A DNA stretch of 64,000 bases from a virus (taxonomy: Duplodnaviria; Caudoviricetes). The DNA lies in the IMG/VR virus record IMGVR_UViG_3300025389_001023, positions 32,001 to 96,000 of that record. The stretch is one strand, 5' to 3'. Shown here piece after piece: positions 1 through 8,888 of the stretch; the first letter of the stretch is position 1; every line of letters begins with the position of its first letter. The notes beneath the pieces were generated by a model that was not told the DNA's origin, searched no databases, and saw nothing but the letters and a program-made list of their open reading frames with translations. A program made the position numbers and the translations under genes.

Positions 1-169
1 CTTGTTTAGTTTCTACATCCTCAGCAACTGATTCTTCTTCCATTAAGTGTAGACATAAATCAATACATTCGCTACAGATGGCTACATCATCTCCAACAAT
101 TAATTTTTTTACTTTGTCTTTGTGATTGTTGCAAAAGGAGCAGTGGTTAAGTTGTTTTTCAATTGTCAT
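1..169 (-). CDS. clpX: ClpX-like ATPase, N-terminal C4 zinc-binding domain (partial, runs off the left edge)
   Basis: Manual translation from the ATG at 169: [39 protein letters not shown], matching the ClpX CSFC...LI.G...IC.EC zinc finger. A late-type ATAAATA lies just upstream. Not in the ORF track. Confidence 0.8.
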   Translation of the reverse strand, partial: MTIEKQLNHCSFCNNHKDKVKKLIVGDDVAICSECIDLCLHLMEEESVAEDVETKQ

Positions 170-204
170 GTTTTATTTATATAATTAATTTTTATGTCTT
201 ATTT

Positions 205-1191
205 TTAACAACTACTGTTTGGCACAACAGATACATCAATGGTAATTGTTTTTTGCAAAATCCATTCGTGCTGTCTGTCAATAGTTGCATGTAATGTATT
301 TTCTTCTGATTCGTTACCGTAAACAACAATATTATTTGGTTCTCCAATATAGTAAAAGTTATTTTTTTTACCTGTTAACGAATTTGGAATCCAACAACTA
401 CTGTACAATTTAGAATTATTCCCATCACGCAATGTTAGTTTAATTCTAACTTCACGTTCACCCGCCATAGACGATTTAACTTTTTCAATCATTGGAATGT
501 CATTGAATTCATAATGATTGTGCTTACCTATTACATAGTCTTTAGGGTTCTTTGCCATTACAGTAACATTGGCTGGTGCTCTTTCAAATAAACCAAACTT
601 GTTATCCTGTGTGATTTGCATGGCTTCATTAAAAGCCTCAATGTAATCATAGTTCCAAACTAACTTATATGGAATTTGTAAAATAGTATTTTGATACTTA
701 TCAACCACTACACTAAAAGGTTGAGTTTTTATAGTAAATGCATTTTGTGGATATGATTGCATAACGATATCAATTATTTGATATGCGTCTTGTTTCTGAC
801 TTCTGTATGAAACAATTTTGTCATGTAATTTATAACCATCAACATAGTTTTCTACTTTACCTGTACTAAGTTTTTGATTCAACAATTTGCTAGGATTAAC
901 TAAAACATCCATTACAATGGTAGTTGTTTGTCCTACAGTAAAGGATGATACTATTTTATAGTCATAAACATAACCAGCACTATAAACTGAAATGTTATTT
1001 TTATCAAGGCTATTGATAGTGGATTCTTGTTCGCTTAATACCACTGTACCAATCTTTAATTGTACAGCTTCACGAAAAGCATTATTTTTTGCCTCAGTTA
1101 ATGTAGAGCCTTGACCAGTAACACGTATATAGTCATTAGCAAAACAATTAACTGAAACAAATAAAAACGCTACAATTAGTAGCCTAAACAT
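205..1191 (-). CDS. Secreted hypothetical protein (LPP20/FlgT-N-like N-terminal domain)
   Basis: Signal peptide, then V.G.G.T..EA..NA.REAV motif. Confidence 0.5.
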   Translation of the reverse strand: MFRLLIVAFLFVSVNCFANDYIRVTGQGSTLTEAKNNAFREAVQLKIGTVVLSEQESTINSLDKNNISVYSAGYVYDYKIVSSFTVGQTTTIVMDVLVNPSKLLNQKLSTGKVENYVDGYKLHDKIVSYRSQKQDAYQIIDIVMQSYPQNAFTIKTQPFSVVVDKYQNTILQIPYKLVWNYDYIEAFNEAMQITQDNKFGLFERAPANVTVMAKNPKDYVIGKHNHYEFNDIPMIEKVKSSMAGEREVRIKLTLRDGNNSKLYSSCWIPNSLTGKKNNFYYIGEPNNIVVYGNESEENTLHATIDRQHEWILQKTITIDVSVVPNSSC

Positions 1192-1193
1192 GA

Positions 1194-1832
1194 TTAATTA
1201 CTATTGAATTTTTTACGCAATGCGGCTGTTGCCATATCACTTTCTCTATCCCAACGAATAGTTACAGTAATGTCCTGTGGACCTGTAACCTCTTGTTTGA
1301 TTGGATAGAAACCATGTAATCTTGCCTGAGCATTGTTGCGAATATTTTCAGTTAAATTAACTGCGGTGTCATTGCTATTTTTACGAATACTAAAATTAGT
1401 ATCTTTTTCAGCTTCCGTGTCACTCATGCTTACAGTATCACCTTCGGTCATGTGCGATTTAAGACGGTCGTTTGCTTTTTCAACGTTTTTAGCAATTGTA
1501 CTTTGGACCTTATTACTAGAAATTTCCTCATTCATAAAGTGTGCGACATTTGCCAATGCCTGCATTCTAGCACGTGTTACTGCTTGAGTACGGTTATTAC
1601 TGCTATTACCAAATGTGCTTACTGTTGCGCTACTTGTGATAGATGAAATTTCACAATCAGTTTTAAAGGGCTTATACCAGGCACAATCTGTTTCAATTTT
1701 AATCATGTCATTGTGAAATGACGTAGATAATTTTTGATTACGAATTGGTTCTGCTTCTCCTGTACCTTTTGTAGCTACAGTACTGCAACCTACCAAACTA
1801 ACAACAATTCCTGAAATAAGTAAACGTTTCAT
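1194..1832 (-). CDS. Lipoprotein, LPP20-like
   Basis: Lipobox LVGC; A...ARMQALANVA helix. Confidence 0.55.
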   Translation of the reverse strand: MKRLLISGIVVSLVGCSTVATKGTGEAEPIRNQKLSTSFHNDMIKIETDCAWYKPFKTDCEISSITSSATVSTFGNSSNNRTQAVTRARMQALANVAHFMNEEISSNKVQSTIAKNVEKANDRLKSHMTEGDTVSMSDTEAEKDTNFSIRKNSNDTAVNLTENIRNNAQARLHGFYPIKQEVTGPQDITVTIRWDRESDMATAALRKKFNSN

Positions 1833-1869
1833 TTTAAAACATCCTAAGAGTTACGATAATGATAGTATA

Positions 1870-3561
1870 TTATAGGTTAGATTTATTGTCATCTTTTTTG
1901 GTTAAATATTCCTCAATCTGTTGTTTTTCGCTTTCGGACAACAAGTCTATGTCATACTCACCGTTGTCAATTTTTTGGATAAGGTATTTGATGTATTCTT
2001 CATCATGTAAATAACTAGAATTTTCTTTGTTTACGGCAATCCATCGTATTCCATCAAATTTATACACACGGTTTGGTAATACGTCAACACGTACAAATGT
2101 GTCACCCTTGTTTGCTAATTTGGGAAACTCTGACCCAAAACTTGTATTACTTTGTCTTTGGTTGTCTGCGACCAATTTTAATACATCAGGGCGCATATTT
2201 TTTAACACATCCATAGACATGTGTTTCCCATCATAAACCACATAACCACCATCTAGTTCTTGAAATGGTATTTCTTTGGTTACTCCATCTGTGGTTATCG
2301 GATCTACTGCATCTATTGTTACTTCAGAATCTACAGTTGGTTCTGCAATTTTTATAATATTTTTTTGTTCACCAAAAGTTACTTCTGGTTCATTCATAAT
2401 ATAGTTGCTATTACTAAAATTAACTTGTTCCGTTTTGATATCAAGTTCTCTAGCTAATTCTTCTAGTTCACGATTTATTCTTTCAATGGCTTCATCATTG
2501 GTTTCTTGTTCGTCAAAATCAAACTCTTGTTGTAAAGATTCTTCTTTCCAACTATCTGCAACATCACATTCTTTATTTGGGCAGAATAAACCTATTCCCG
2601 GTGCATCAACCAATTCTGTGCCACATTTATAACAATTGATTGGTTCGACTTCTTGTGTTTCTTGTTTAGCATGTTTACGTAGTGCTTCCAGTGCTTCCTC
2701 ATTAATAGGACCATCGTCAGGTTCATAATCGGGCATTGTAACATCGGCTACATAGATAGGAGCCAGTTCTTCTTGTTGCTTTTTATATTCTTCGTTGTCC
2801 CAAATACGACTTTGATTTGCCGCAATAACCAGCATTAATGCCAATGGGTCAAACACTAATACAATAAGAATAATTACCCAACGTACAGCACGTTCTAATA
2901 AATTACTATCTGGGTTATCACCATACATGAATGCGGCAATGTATTTGATTGGTCCTACTTCAGCTTCAACCTTGCGTACTTCGGCGGCAATAGGCGCACG
3001 GGCATCACTAAGTTCTGCGATAGACTTCTGCGACTGTGATATTTCAGCTTGAAGGCGAGTACGTTCTTTCTGCTGGGCTTTACGCAAAGCCACAGCTTTG
3101 TCGGCACCCTTTTCATCTGTTGAGCGGCCCAGTACTTGGTCCACTCCCTCATCCATCTGTTTAAGTGCCTTACGGTTCGCTTCAATATTCTCTTTTTCGG
3201 TTTTAATTTTTTCATCATAGACTGCTATCTTTGCGGCAACATCACCGCTTACTAAACTTTGGTCACTATGTGCTTTACTTAAGAAACCAAAGATACCCAT
3301 GCTTGTCATTAATGCCAACGCAAGAACCGCAGGAATCAAATATAGTTTAAGTAAAAAACTTATACGTTCCCAGTATAGTTTTAACCAAACAGTTGTAACA
3401 ATCTTTGATAGTTCTAGTATAGAACCCATGATAATGATAGGAATCACGGCTCCTGCAAAGATAGCAGTAAGACCTGATATACTATACCAAGCGGCAATAG
3501 CACTTAATGAAAGTGCTACTAGTAGGGTAAAATTAGAGAAGGTGAATATTTTTCTTAGCAT
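1870..3561 (-). CDS. Membrane protein with coiled coil and acidic C-terminal region with a zinc ribbon
   Basis: N-terminal TM helices, long coiled coil, VFDPLA TM segment, CxxC...CPxxxC. Confidence 0.6.
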   Translation of the reverse strand: MLRKIFTFSNFTLLVALSLSAIAAWYSISGLTAIFAGAVIPIIIMGSILELSKIVTTVWLKLYWERISFLLKLYLIPAVLALALMTSMGIFGFLSKAHSDQSLVSGDVAAKIAVYDEKIKTEKENIEANRKALKQMDEGVDQVLGRSTDEKGADKAVALRKAQQKERTRLQAEISQSQKSIAELSDARAPIAAEVRKVEAEVGPIKYIAAFMYGDNPDSNLLERAVRWVIILIVLVFDPLALMLVIAANQSRIWDNEEYKKQQEELAPIYVADVTMPDYEPDDGPINEEALEALRKHAKQETQEVEPINCYKCGTELVDAPGIGLFCPNKECDVADSWKEESLQQEFDFDEQETNDEAIERINRELEELARELDIKTEQVNFSNSNYIMNEPEVTFGEQKNIIKIAEPTVDSEVTIDAVDPITTDGVTKEIPFQELDGGYVVYDGKHMSMDVLKNMRPDVLKLVADNQRQSNTSFGSEFPKLANKGDTFVRVDVLPNRVYKFDGIRWIAVNKENSSYLHDEEYIKYLIQKIDNGEYDIDLLSESEKQQIEEYLTKKDDNKSNL

Positions 3562-3570
3562 AAGTTATAT

Positions 3571-3804
3571 TTATTCAAATAAATGTCCATAGAATTCTAT
3601 AAATGATGCTAATGGTAATATTAGTTTTTGTGGAATTCCAGGACCTTGGTAAGTAAAATAAGTCACAGAGGCTCCGCCTCGGCGCTCATCCTTAAGGTTA
3701 ATTCTAACTATTTCTAGTTTGTTACCATCTTCAAAGACATGAGAATCACCCTCTTTAAAATTAAAAGAGGGTATATCATCTTCTTGATCCATCATTTGAT
3801 CCAT
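3571..3804 (-). CDS. Hypothetical protein
   Basis: ORF translationally coupled to the upstream gene. Confidence 0.55.
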   Translation of the reverse strand: MDQMMDQEDDIPSFNFKEGDSHVFEDGNKLEIVRINLKDERRGGASVTYFTYQGPGIPQKLILPLASFIEFYGHLFE

Positions 3805-4658
3805 TATTTTTTAGTCTTTTCTGAAAACATTTCATTTAGAATACGATTTTGTTCTTCAATTTCTTCATCAGTGGGTGGCTCACCTTCGTATTCAGCGTTA
3901 CCCTGGTCTTCTTCGGATAACATTTCAAATTCACGTTTGAGTTCTTCAAGTGCCTCTTCTAATTCTTTAGTTTTTTGTTCATCATCTTCACGGTTATCCA
4001 TATCGACCCAACCCTCACCGCAATGTGGGCATATATACTGACCATCCATTTCAATCAAGTCTTCTTGTGCTACAACTTTATCACAGCTATAGCAAGATTC
4101 ACCTTCAAGGTTTTCTTCTACGTCTATTGCCGCCCAACGTGCCTCACGTTCCAAACGTTCTTTTTCTTTCTGAACACCTTCTTCAGTCAATTCAGTATCA
4201 CTATCACACATTGGACAAACATCTTTTGTGATATCTGATTCTTCTTCGGAACTATAGTAATCTTCAATTACAGTACCATCTTCACGCAAATGTTGTGTTA
4301 GTGTTTGCCAACTCTTACCTTCCCAACGACACTTAGTACACTTATGTGTAGAAGGGGTGTCTTCGGGAGCAGTATGATAACTGTCCTCATCGCCGTATTC
4401 ATAGGTAACCTCGTACCCGCCTTTGCGGTCAGTCCAACAATCATCGTATTGAAAGTCCCATTCAATATCAACATCATTATTCCAGGCCTCATCGATAATT
4501 TCTTCAATATCGGCTTCACCGTTTTCAAGTTGTTCTAATAAACTAGCGATTTCATCTTCATCATAGTCAGGGTAGATTTCGTTGAGGATGTCTTCATTAA
4601 GTTCATATGTGTATTGTCTATCAACTTGATGCCATTCATGTTTTACAATAGTTACCAT
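3804..4658 (-). CDS. Acidic hypothetical protein with two zinc ribbons
   Basis: CTKC/CPMC and CYSC/CPHC pairs. Confidence 0.65.
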   Translation of the reverse strand: MVTIVKHEWHQVDRQYTYELNEDILNEIYPDYDEDEIASLLEQLENGEADIEEIIDEAWNNDVDIEWDFQYDDCWTDRKGGYEVTYEYGDEDSYHTAPEDTPSTHKCTKCRWEGKSWQTLTQHLREDGTVIEDYYSSEEESDITKDVCPMCDSDTELTEEGVQKEKERLEREARWAAIDVEENLEGESCYSCDKVVAQEDLIEMDGQYICPHCGEGWVDMDNREDDEQKTKELEEALEELKREFEMLSEEDQGNAEYEGEPPTDEEIEEQNRILNEMFSEKTKK

Positions 4659-4794
4659 GGATACTTTCCTTAAAAATTATATTATATATTGTTTTATAGC
4701 AAAATCAAAAGAAATAGGATAAATGCCATGATCGGATGACCAAATAATAGAAAAAATATTATGGCCATTGTGCCATAAAATGCACGGTCATCAC

Positions 4795-4992
4795 TCATAA
4801 TTCAACTCCAAAATGTTTTCGAATAGCCCTGCCTGCCGTGTCCCAATCTTCGCCGGCAATATCAGCACACTCACGTATAATCAGTTCAGCAAATTTTTTG
4901 TTATATTCTTTTATCCAATCCTCAACGCCCAAGGTATCTGTTGGGATACTTTTGGCAGCTTGTTCGGAAAATTCTTGAATTATGTCGTTCAT
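4795..4992 (-). CDS. Small 'FAELIxxEC...HFGVE' paralog
   Basis: KFAELIIREC...IRKHFGVEL, shared with neighbouring ORFs. Confidence 0.65.
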   Translation of the reverse strand: MNDIIQEFSEQAAKSIPTDTLGVEDWIKEYNKKFAELIIRECADIAGEDWDTAGRAIRKHFGVEL

Positions 4993-5216
4993 ATAATTCT
5001 TCCCAATCCACAGTAAATTAATTGATCCAATTCATATTGATAGTCTAAACCATTCCTACGCTTATGATAAATGGTAACAAGTAATTCTGTGGTAATTGAC
5101 CTATCAACAAGGCCAAGACCCCGAAGTTCCATTTCGTCTAAAATTTCCTCATCATCAAAGTCTGCTAAATCAACATCGATTTCGACTTCTTTATAAACAG
5201 ATTGATATCTACTCAT
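4989..5216 (-). CDS. Hypothetical protein
   Basis: ATGA-overlapped ORF inside the cassette array. Confidence 0.6.
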   Translation of the reverse strand: MSRYQSVYKEVEIDVDLADFDDEEILDEMELRGLGLVDRSITTELLVTIYHKRRNGLDYQYELDQLIYCGLGRII

Positions 5217-5434
5217 TCTTCAACTCCAAAATGTGCTCGAATAAATTTACTCACATAAGAATCCATGTCTGCTCGTTCTACTTCATCAGCAATATTACAA
5301 CATTCTTGAACCAGCAACTCGGCAAACTCTCTTAACACCTCAGTAACATTTGATTCTGGAGCAAGTATTTCACGCCTACTTTCAGAAACATAAAAGCCGG
5401 CTTGTTCGGCAAGTGTGTTAAATCGTTCGTTCAT
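5213..5434 (-). CDS. Small 'MNER...FAEL...HFGVEE' paralog
   Basis: Conserved N- and C-terminal motifs. Confidence 0.7.
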   Translation of the reverse strand: MNERFNTLAEQAGFYVSESRREILAPESNVTEVLREFAELLVQECCNIADEVERADMDSYVSKFIRAHFGVEE

Positions 5435-5547
5435 CTGCCATCCTTAGCATCATTATAACCAATCAGATAACCCATCACCAATGCAAACAACATACCCGCA
5501 ATAGCAATGGCTGTGCCAATGATTGGATCCCAATTAAATTCATTCAT
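5431..5547 (-). CDS. Small membrane protein
   Basis: Likely start MNEFNWDPIIG; one TM helix; overlaps its neighbours. Confidence 0.5.
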   Translation of the reverse strand: MNEFNWDPIIGTAIAIAGMLFALVMGYLIGYNDAKDGR

Positions 5548-5716
5548 GCCGGTCCTTTTCCCAAGGGGTAAATTCGTATCTGTAAATTGGTAACAGGCCA
5601 AACAACCATGTACCAACCTTTACTTGTTTTAATTCTCTATGCTCAACTTCGGGCCGGTATTGGTCTGGGGTGTTCCTGATTCTCGTGAAGTCATCTTGGA
5701 AATTTGTTAGGTTCAT
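5540..5716 (-). CDS. Hypothetical 58-aa protein
   Basis: Manual translation MNLTNFQDDF...WEKDRHE*; ATGA-coupled to the upstream paralog. Confidence 0.5.
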   Translation of the reverse strand: MNLTNFQDDFTRIRNTPDQYRPEVEHRELKQVKVGTWLFGLLPIYRYEFTPWEKDRHE

Positions 5717-5961
5717 TGTTCGACTCCGAAATGTTCTCTAATTCCACTAATCATCTTTTCACAAGCACGGTCATACCCAATAACATAATGTGTATCAGTT
5801 GCTGGTTCCCCTCTAACCTCAAAGGCAATGTCTAAACAGTCTCTGACAATCAACTCGGCGAACTTTTGTTGTGCCGGAGTTAATGTAGTCCTGTCGAAGC
5901 CATTATACTCTGCGACAATCAGACCAGCCTGTACCGCAAGTTGTGTAAATCGTTCGTTCAT
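5713..5961 (-). CDS. Small 'MNER...FAEL...HFGVEQ' paralog
   Basis: Conserved terminal motifs. Confidence 0.7.
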   Translation of the reverse strand: MNERFTQLAVQAGLIVAEYNGFDRTTLTPAQQKFAELIVRDCLDIAFEVRGEPATDTHYVIGYDRACEKMISGIREHFGVEQ

Positions 5962-6197
5962 TCTTCAACTCCGAAATGTTCTTTAATTGCTGTTTTAATA
6001 CTTTCTGCCTTGACCCACATTCCCATATCATACTCGTCATGCTCATCATCGTTAGATTCATGTTCACAAAATTTGACACATTCTAGCACAATCAACTCGG
6101 CGAACTTTTCTTTATTGAAATTATCATAACTTACTCCCCACTTATGTTCTTCGATAGTAGTGGCTTGCTTAACAAGTTCTCGAATTCGTTCGTTCAT
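5958..6197 (-). CDS. Small 'MNER...FAEL...HFGVEE' paralog
   Basis: Conserved terminal motifs. Confidence 0.7.
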   Translation of the reverse strand: MNERIRELVKQATTIEEHKWGVSYDNFNKEKFAELIVLECVKFCEHESNDDEHDEYDMGMWVKAESIKTAIKEHFGVEE

Positions 6198-6200
6198 TCT

Positions 6201-6314
6201 TCAACTCCGAAATGTTCTTTTAAGTATATTACTAATGCCAACAAATACAAAAATAATTGGCAAAACTAATAAACCAATAACGACCATCCACCAAGGCATA
6301 TCTCGTTCGTTCAT
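6201..6314 (-). CDS. 37-aa membrane peptide between two junction repeats
   Basis: Manual translation MNERDMPWWMVVIGLLVLPIIFVFVGISNILKRTFRS*. Confidence 0.55.
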   Translation of the reverse strand: MNERDMPWWMVVIGLLVLPIIFVFVGISNILKRTFRS

Positions 6315-6571
6315 TCTTCAACTCCGAAATGTTGTTTAATCTGGTCAATACATTGAGAACCACCGTTAAGCCAAGTGTCAACTGATTTAGGAACAGGATC
6401 ACTAATAACTTGTTCACAACATCCAATACATTCTTTCACAATCAACTCGGCGAACTTTTCTTTGTCAAAATATTCTACTTGTTCTATGTAACCTTTACCT
6501 CTGTAACCTTCATGATTCATGGAGAGAGTTGAAGTAGCCTGTTCAGCAAGTTCTTTAATTCGTTCGTTCAT
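6311..6571 (-). CDS. Small 'MNER...FAEL...HFGVEE' paralog
   Basis: Conserved terminal motifs. Confidence 0.7.
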   Translation of the reverse strand: MNERIKELAEQATSTLSMNHEGYRGKGYIEQVEYFDKEKFAELIVKECIGCCEQVISDPVPKSVDTWLNGGSQCIDQIKQHFGVEE

Positions 6572-6786
6572 TCTTCAACTCCGAAATGTGTTAAAATATT
6601 TCCACCAATCCACTCACACTTATTCTCATCCGCAAGGTCAGCAACTTTAGCACATTCCTTGACAATCAATTCGGCAAACTTTTCATCACGAATACGATTA
6701 TATCTCACAATCTCTCTAAGGTCAGGTTCTATAACCCTAGCTAACGCATCAGCTTGTTTGGTTAATTTATAAATTAGTTCATTCAT
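6568..6786 (-). CDS. Small 'MNE...FAEL...HFGVEE' paralog
   Basis: EKFAELIVKEC...HFGVEE; coupled to the ligase stop codon. Confidence 0.7.
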   Translation of the reverse strand: MNELIYKLTKQADALARVIEPDLREIVRYNRIRDEKFAELIVKECAKVADLADENKCEWIGGNILTHFGVEE

Positions 6787-8129
6787 TTATCGTCCCTAAA
6801 TCTTACAAATCGAGGGAAACGCAAACTGTATGTACCATCTTGATTTTGCGTAATCACATCACACAAGATTTCAGCAGTACGACCAATAACACTATTGCTA
6901 TTAGCCCAATAGTCATCACGATCCTCGTCACTAAAGCCACTACCCACATTGACAGTAATTTCTTTACCATCATCAACGCCTTGACATACTAGTGCACCTA
7001 GACGACCTACATTTCGACCAGTCCCCTCTTCAACACCAATCACTTGTAGATCAACACTTAGTGTAGGTTTCCATTTCATCCAAAATGTATTACGCTTACA
7101 CTCGTAAGGTGCATCAACATTCTTAATCATAATACCTTCGAATCCTGCGTTAACATTATCTTTAGCATAACGCTCTAGTTGATTTTTACCTTCTGCGGTG
7201 TCTAAGTCAACCATGATGTGTGGCAGTAACTCAACATTAGGCATTGTATCAATAACAGGACGCATTGCCTCAAGCAAATTAATACGTTTGCTCAATTGTG
7301 CATTCCAATATCCTCTGCGAAAATCTTGTAATGGGATAATGTCAAAAATATTGAACACACTATCATCAGCCTGCACATCAGTTTTGCGGCGTGCTTGTCG
7401 CATGAGTTCTTGGAATGTATTGCCAATCACTTCACCGTCAAGTACAAAGCCATCGATTAGTCCACGACCTTGATCCGTACCACGTGTAGCTCTACAAATT
7501 TTGGCATAATTGTTTTCTACTTGTTCTTCAATGTGTCTAAAGTTTTCAAACACCTTACCATTGCGACTGTAACAAATTGTAGTCATGCCATTATCGCTAG
7601 GGATAACAACAAGCAATACACGAACACCATCTAGCTTAGGCTCTAGACGTTTAGTACCCTTCATCTCGGGGCGACCTTCACTATTGGTTGCAAGTTGACA
7701 ACCAAACACTGGAATCTCGTAATCAGTTTTTTTACAAATTTTATTGATAGTCTTGTCACTAATACCTGCACGTAAGTCACGGCGAATAACAGGAGCACAA
7801 AATGTATTCCATTCGTTACTATCAAAACGTTCACTCATTTCTTGGATAGCATCACGTGCGGCATGACCAGTTAACCCACGTTGACCTAACTCACTCAACA
7901 ACTGATTAAAGTCTTCCCAAGGATTTTCTGCATCAACAATGCCAACTGTATCAGGCACTTGTTTAACACCAAACGTCACATAAGGATTATAGCAAACTTT
8001 GGTTAATGTTAAAAAATTAATAGCATTTGTGCTACCAAGGACACTTGCCTCAAGCGCCTGTTTAAGTACATCTTCTTTGTGAAGCCTGCTATCACTTTCA
8101 TTTAATTTTTTAATCCAACTTGCTGACAT
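6783..8129 (-). CDS. lig: ATP-dependent DNA ligase
   Basis: EPKLDGVR adenylation motif, LDGE, FEGIMIK, WMKWK, SLRFPRF. Confidence 0.95.
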   Translation of the reverse strand: MSASWIKKLNESDSRLHKEDVLKQALEASVLGSTNAINFLTLTKVCYNPYVTFGVKQVPDTVGIVDAENPWEDFNQLLSELGQRGLTGHAARDAIQEMSERFDSNEWNTFCAPVIRRDLRAGISDKTINKICKKTDYEIPVFGCQLATNSEGRPEMKGTKRLEPKLDGVRVLLVVIPSDNGMTTICYSRNGKVFENFRHIEEQVENNYAKICRATRGTDQGRGLIDGFVLDGEVIGNTFQELMRQARRKTDVQADDSVFNIFDIIPLQDFRRGYWNAQLSKRINLLEAMRPVIDTMPNVELLPHIMVDLDTAEGKNQLERYAKDNVNAGFEGIMIKNVDAPYECKRNTFWMKWKPTLSVDLQVIGVEEGTGRNVGRLGALVCQGVDDGKEITVNVGSGFSDEDRDDYWANSNSVIGRTAEILCDVITQNQDGTYSLRFPRFVRFRDDK

Positions 8130-8138
8130 GAATATTCC

Positions 8139-8366
8139 TTAAATAGTTTTTTCTTTATTTTCTTTAAGACGATTGGCGCATTCTGTGATTACTTCTTCGG
8201 GTACATATTTGTATTCTTTAAGCATTGAACACCTATAGTCTATTGACACCACATCTGGATCGTCATCATCGTCATTGGTAAAAGAAATAGAATCTGTTTT
8301 GGTCCAAAACAGTAATACTATTAATATTAGTATTACAAATAATATTGTTTTTTTATCATCATTCAT
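8139..8366 (-). CDS. Small membrane-anchored protein
   Basis: Likely start MNDDKK followed by a TM helix. Confidence 0.5.
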   Translation of the reverse strand: MNDDKKTILFVILILIVLLFWTKTDSISFTNDDDDDPDVVSIDYRCSMLKEYKYVPEEVITECANRLKENKEKTI

Positions 8367-8542
8367 TTGCGACCAACCGTAACGTGAAAGAATCCATGTG
8401 CAAGTAACATTGCCAACCATGTATCAAACATATATGGAATATTAAGACTTGGAAATAATGTGTTCAATGCCCAAATATAAGCAAATGGCATTATCAATAT
8501 TAAAACAATTACTAAAAGAATGACTGAGAAAAGTTTAAGCAT
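8363..8542 (-). CDS. Small hydrophobic membrane protein (59 aa)
   Basis: Manual translation MLKLFSVILLVIVLILIMPFAYIWALNTLFP...; ATGA-coupled to the next gene. Confidence 0.5.
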   Translation of the reverse strand: MLKLFSVILLVIVLILIMPFAYIWALNTLFPSLNIPYMFDTWLAMLLAHGFFHVTVGRK

Positions 8543-8551
8543 GTTGGTTCC

Positions 8552-8680
8552 TTATTTTGCTTGTTCAACTGTAACTTGTTTTACCTTATCAACACCGTTA
8601 TCAAGCATTTTTGCAATGCCACTGAAACCTACGGTTGAAATAATAATTCCAAAAATAATGCCTGCAATAAAATTAGTCAT
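8552..8680 (-). CDS. Small membrane protein
   Basis: MTNFIAGIIFGIIISTVGF... Confidence 0.5.
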   Translation of the reverse strand: MTNFIAGIIFGIIISTVGFSGIAKMLDNGVDKVKQVTVEQAK

Positions 8681-8681
8681 T

Positions 8682-8831
8682 TTAGTTTCTTCCTTGTTCA
8701 GGTTTAATCCAATGTGCAACAGTATCGGTTCCAGACTTAACATCTTCGCCCATACCTTTAACAGTACCGGCTACAGTACTGCAACCAGCTAACACTACAA
8801 CAACACTTGCAATTAAAAATTTTGAGAACAT
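8682..8831 (-). CDS. Entericidin EcnA/B-like small lipoprotein
   Basis: Lipobox LAGC followed by STVAG...GMGEDVK. Confidence 0.6.
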   Translation of the reverse strand: MFSKFLIASVVVVLAGCSTVAGTVKGMGEDVKSGTDTVAHWIKPEQGRN

Positions 8832-8859
8832 GACAAGTCCTTTAAGTTGATAATGATTC

Positions 8860-8888
8860 ATTGTAATATATTTGACTATTATTGTCAA
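8860..8888 (-). promoter_or_regulatory. Sigma70-type promoter
   Basis: TTGACA-N17-TACAAT. Confidence 0.7.

Larger units (their letters stand above)
5951..6589. repeat. Exact 29-bp direct repeat cgttcgttcattcttcaactccgaaatgt at gene junctions (5951, 6187, 6304, 6561), with degenerate copies near 4795, 5213 and 5713
   Basis: Read directly from the sequence. It spans the HFGVEE* end of one gene and the MNER start of the next. Confidence 0.9.

Noticed and set aside
5951-6589. The 29-bp direct repeats as a CRISPR array
   Set aside because: Repeat-to-repeat distances are 236, 117 and 257 bp, the intervening DNA is protein coding, and no cas genes are present.
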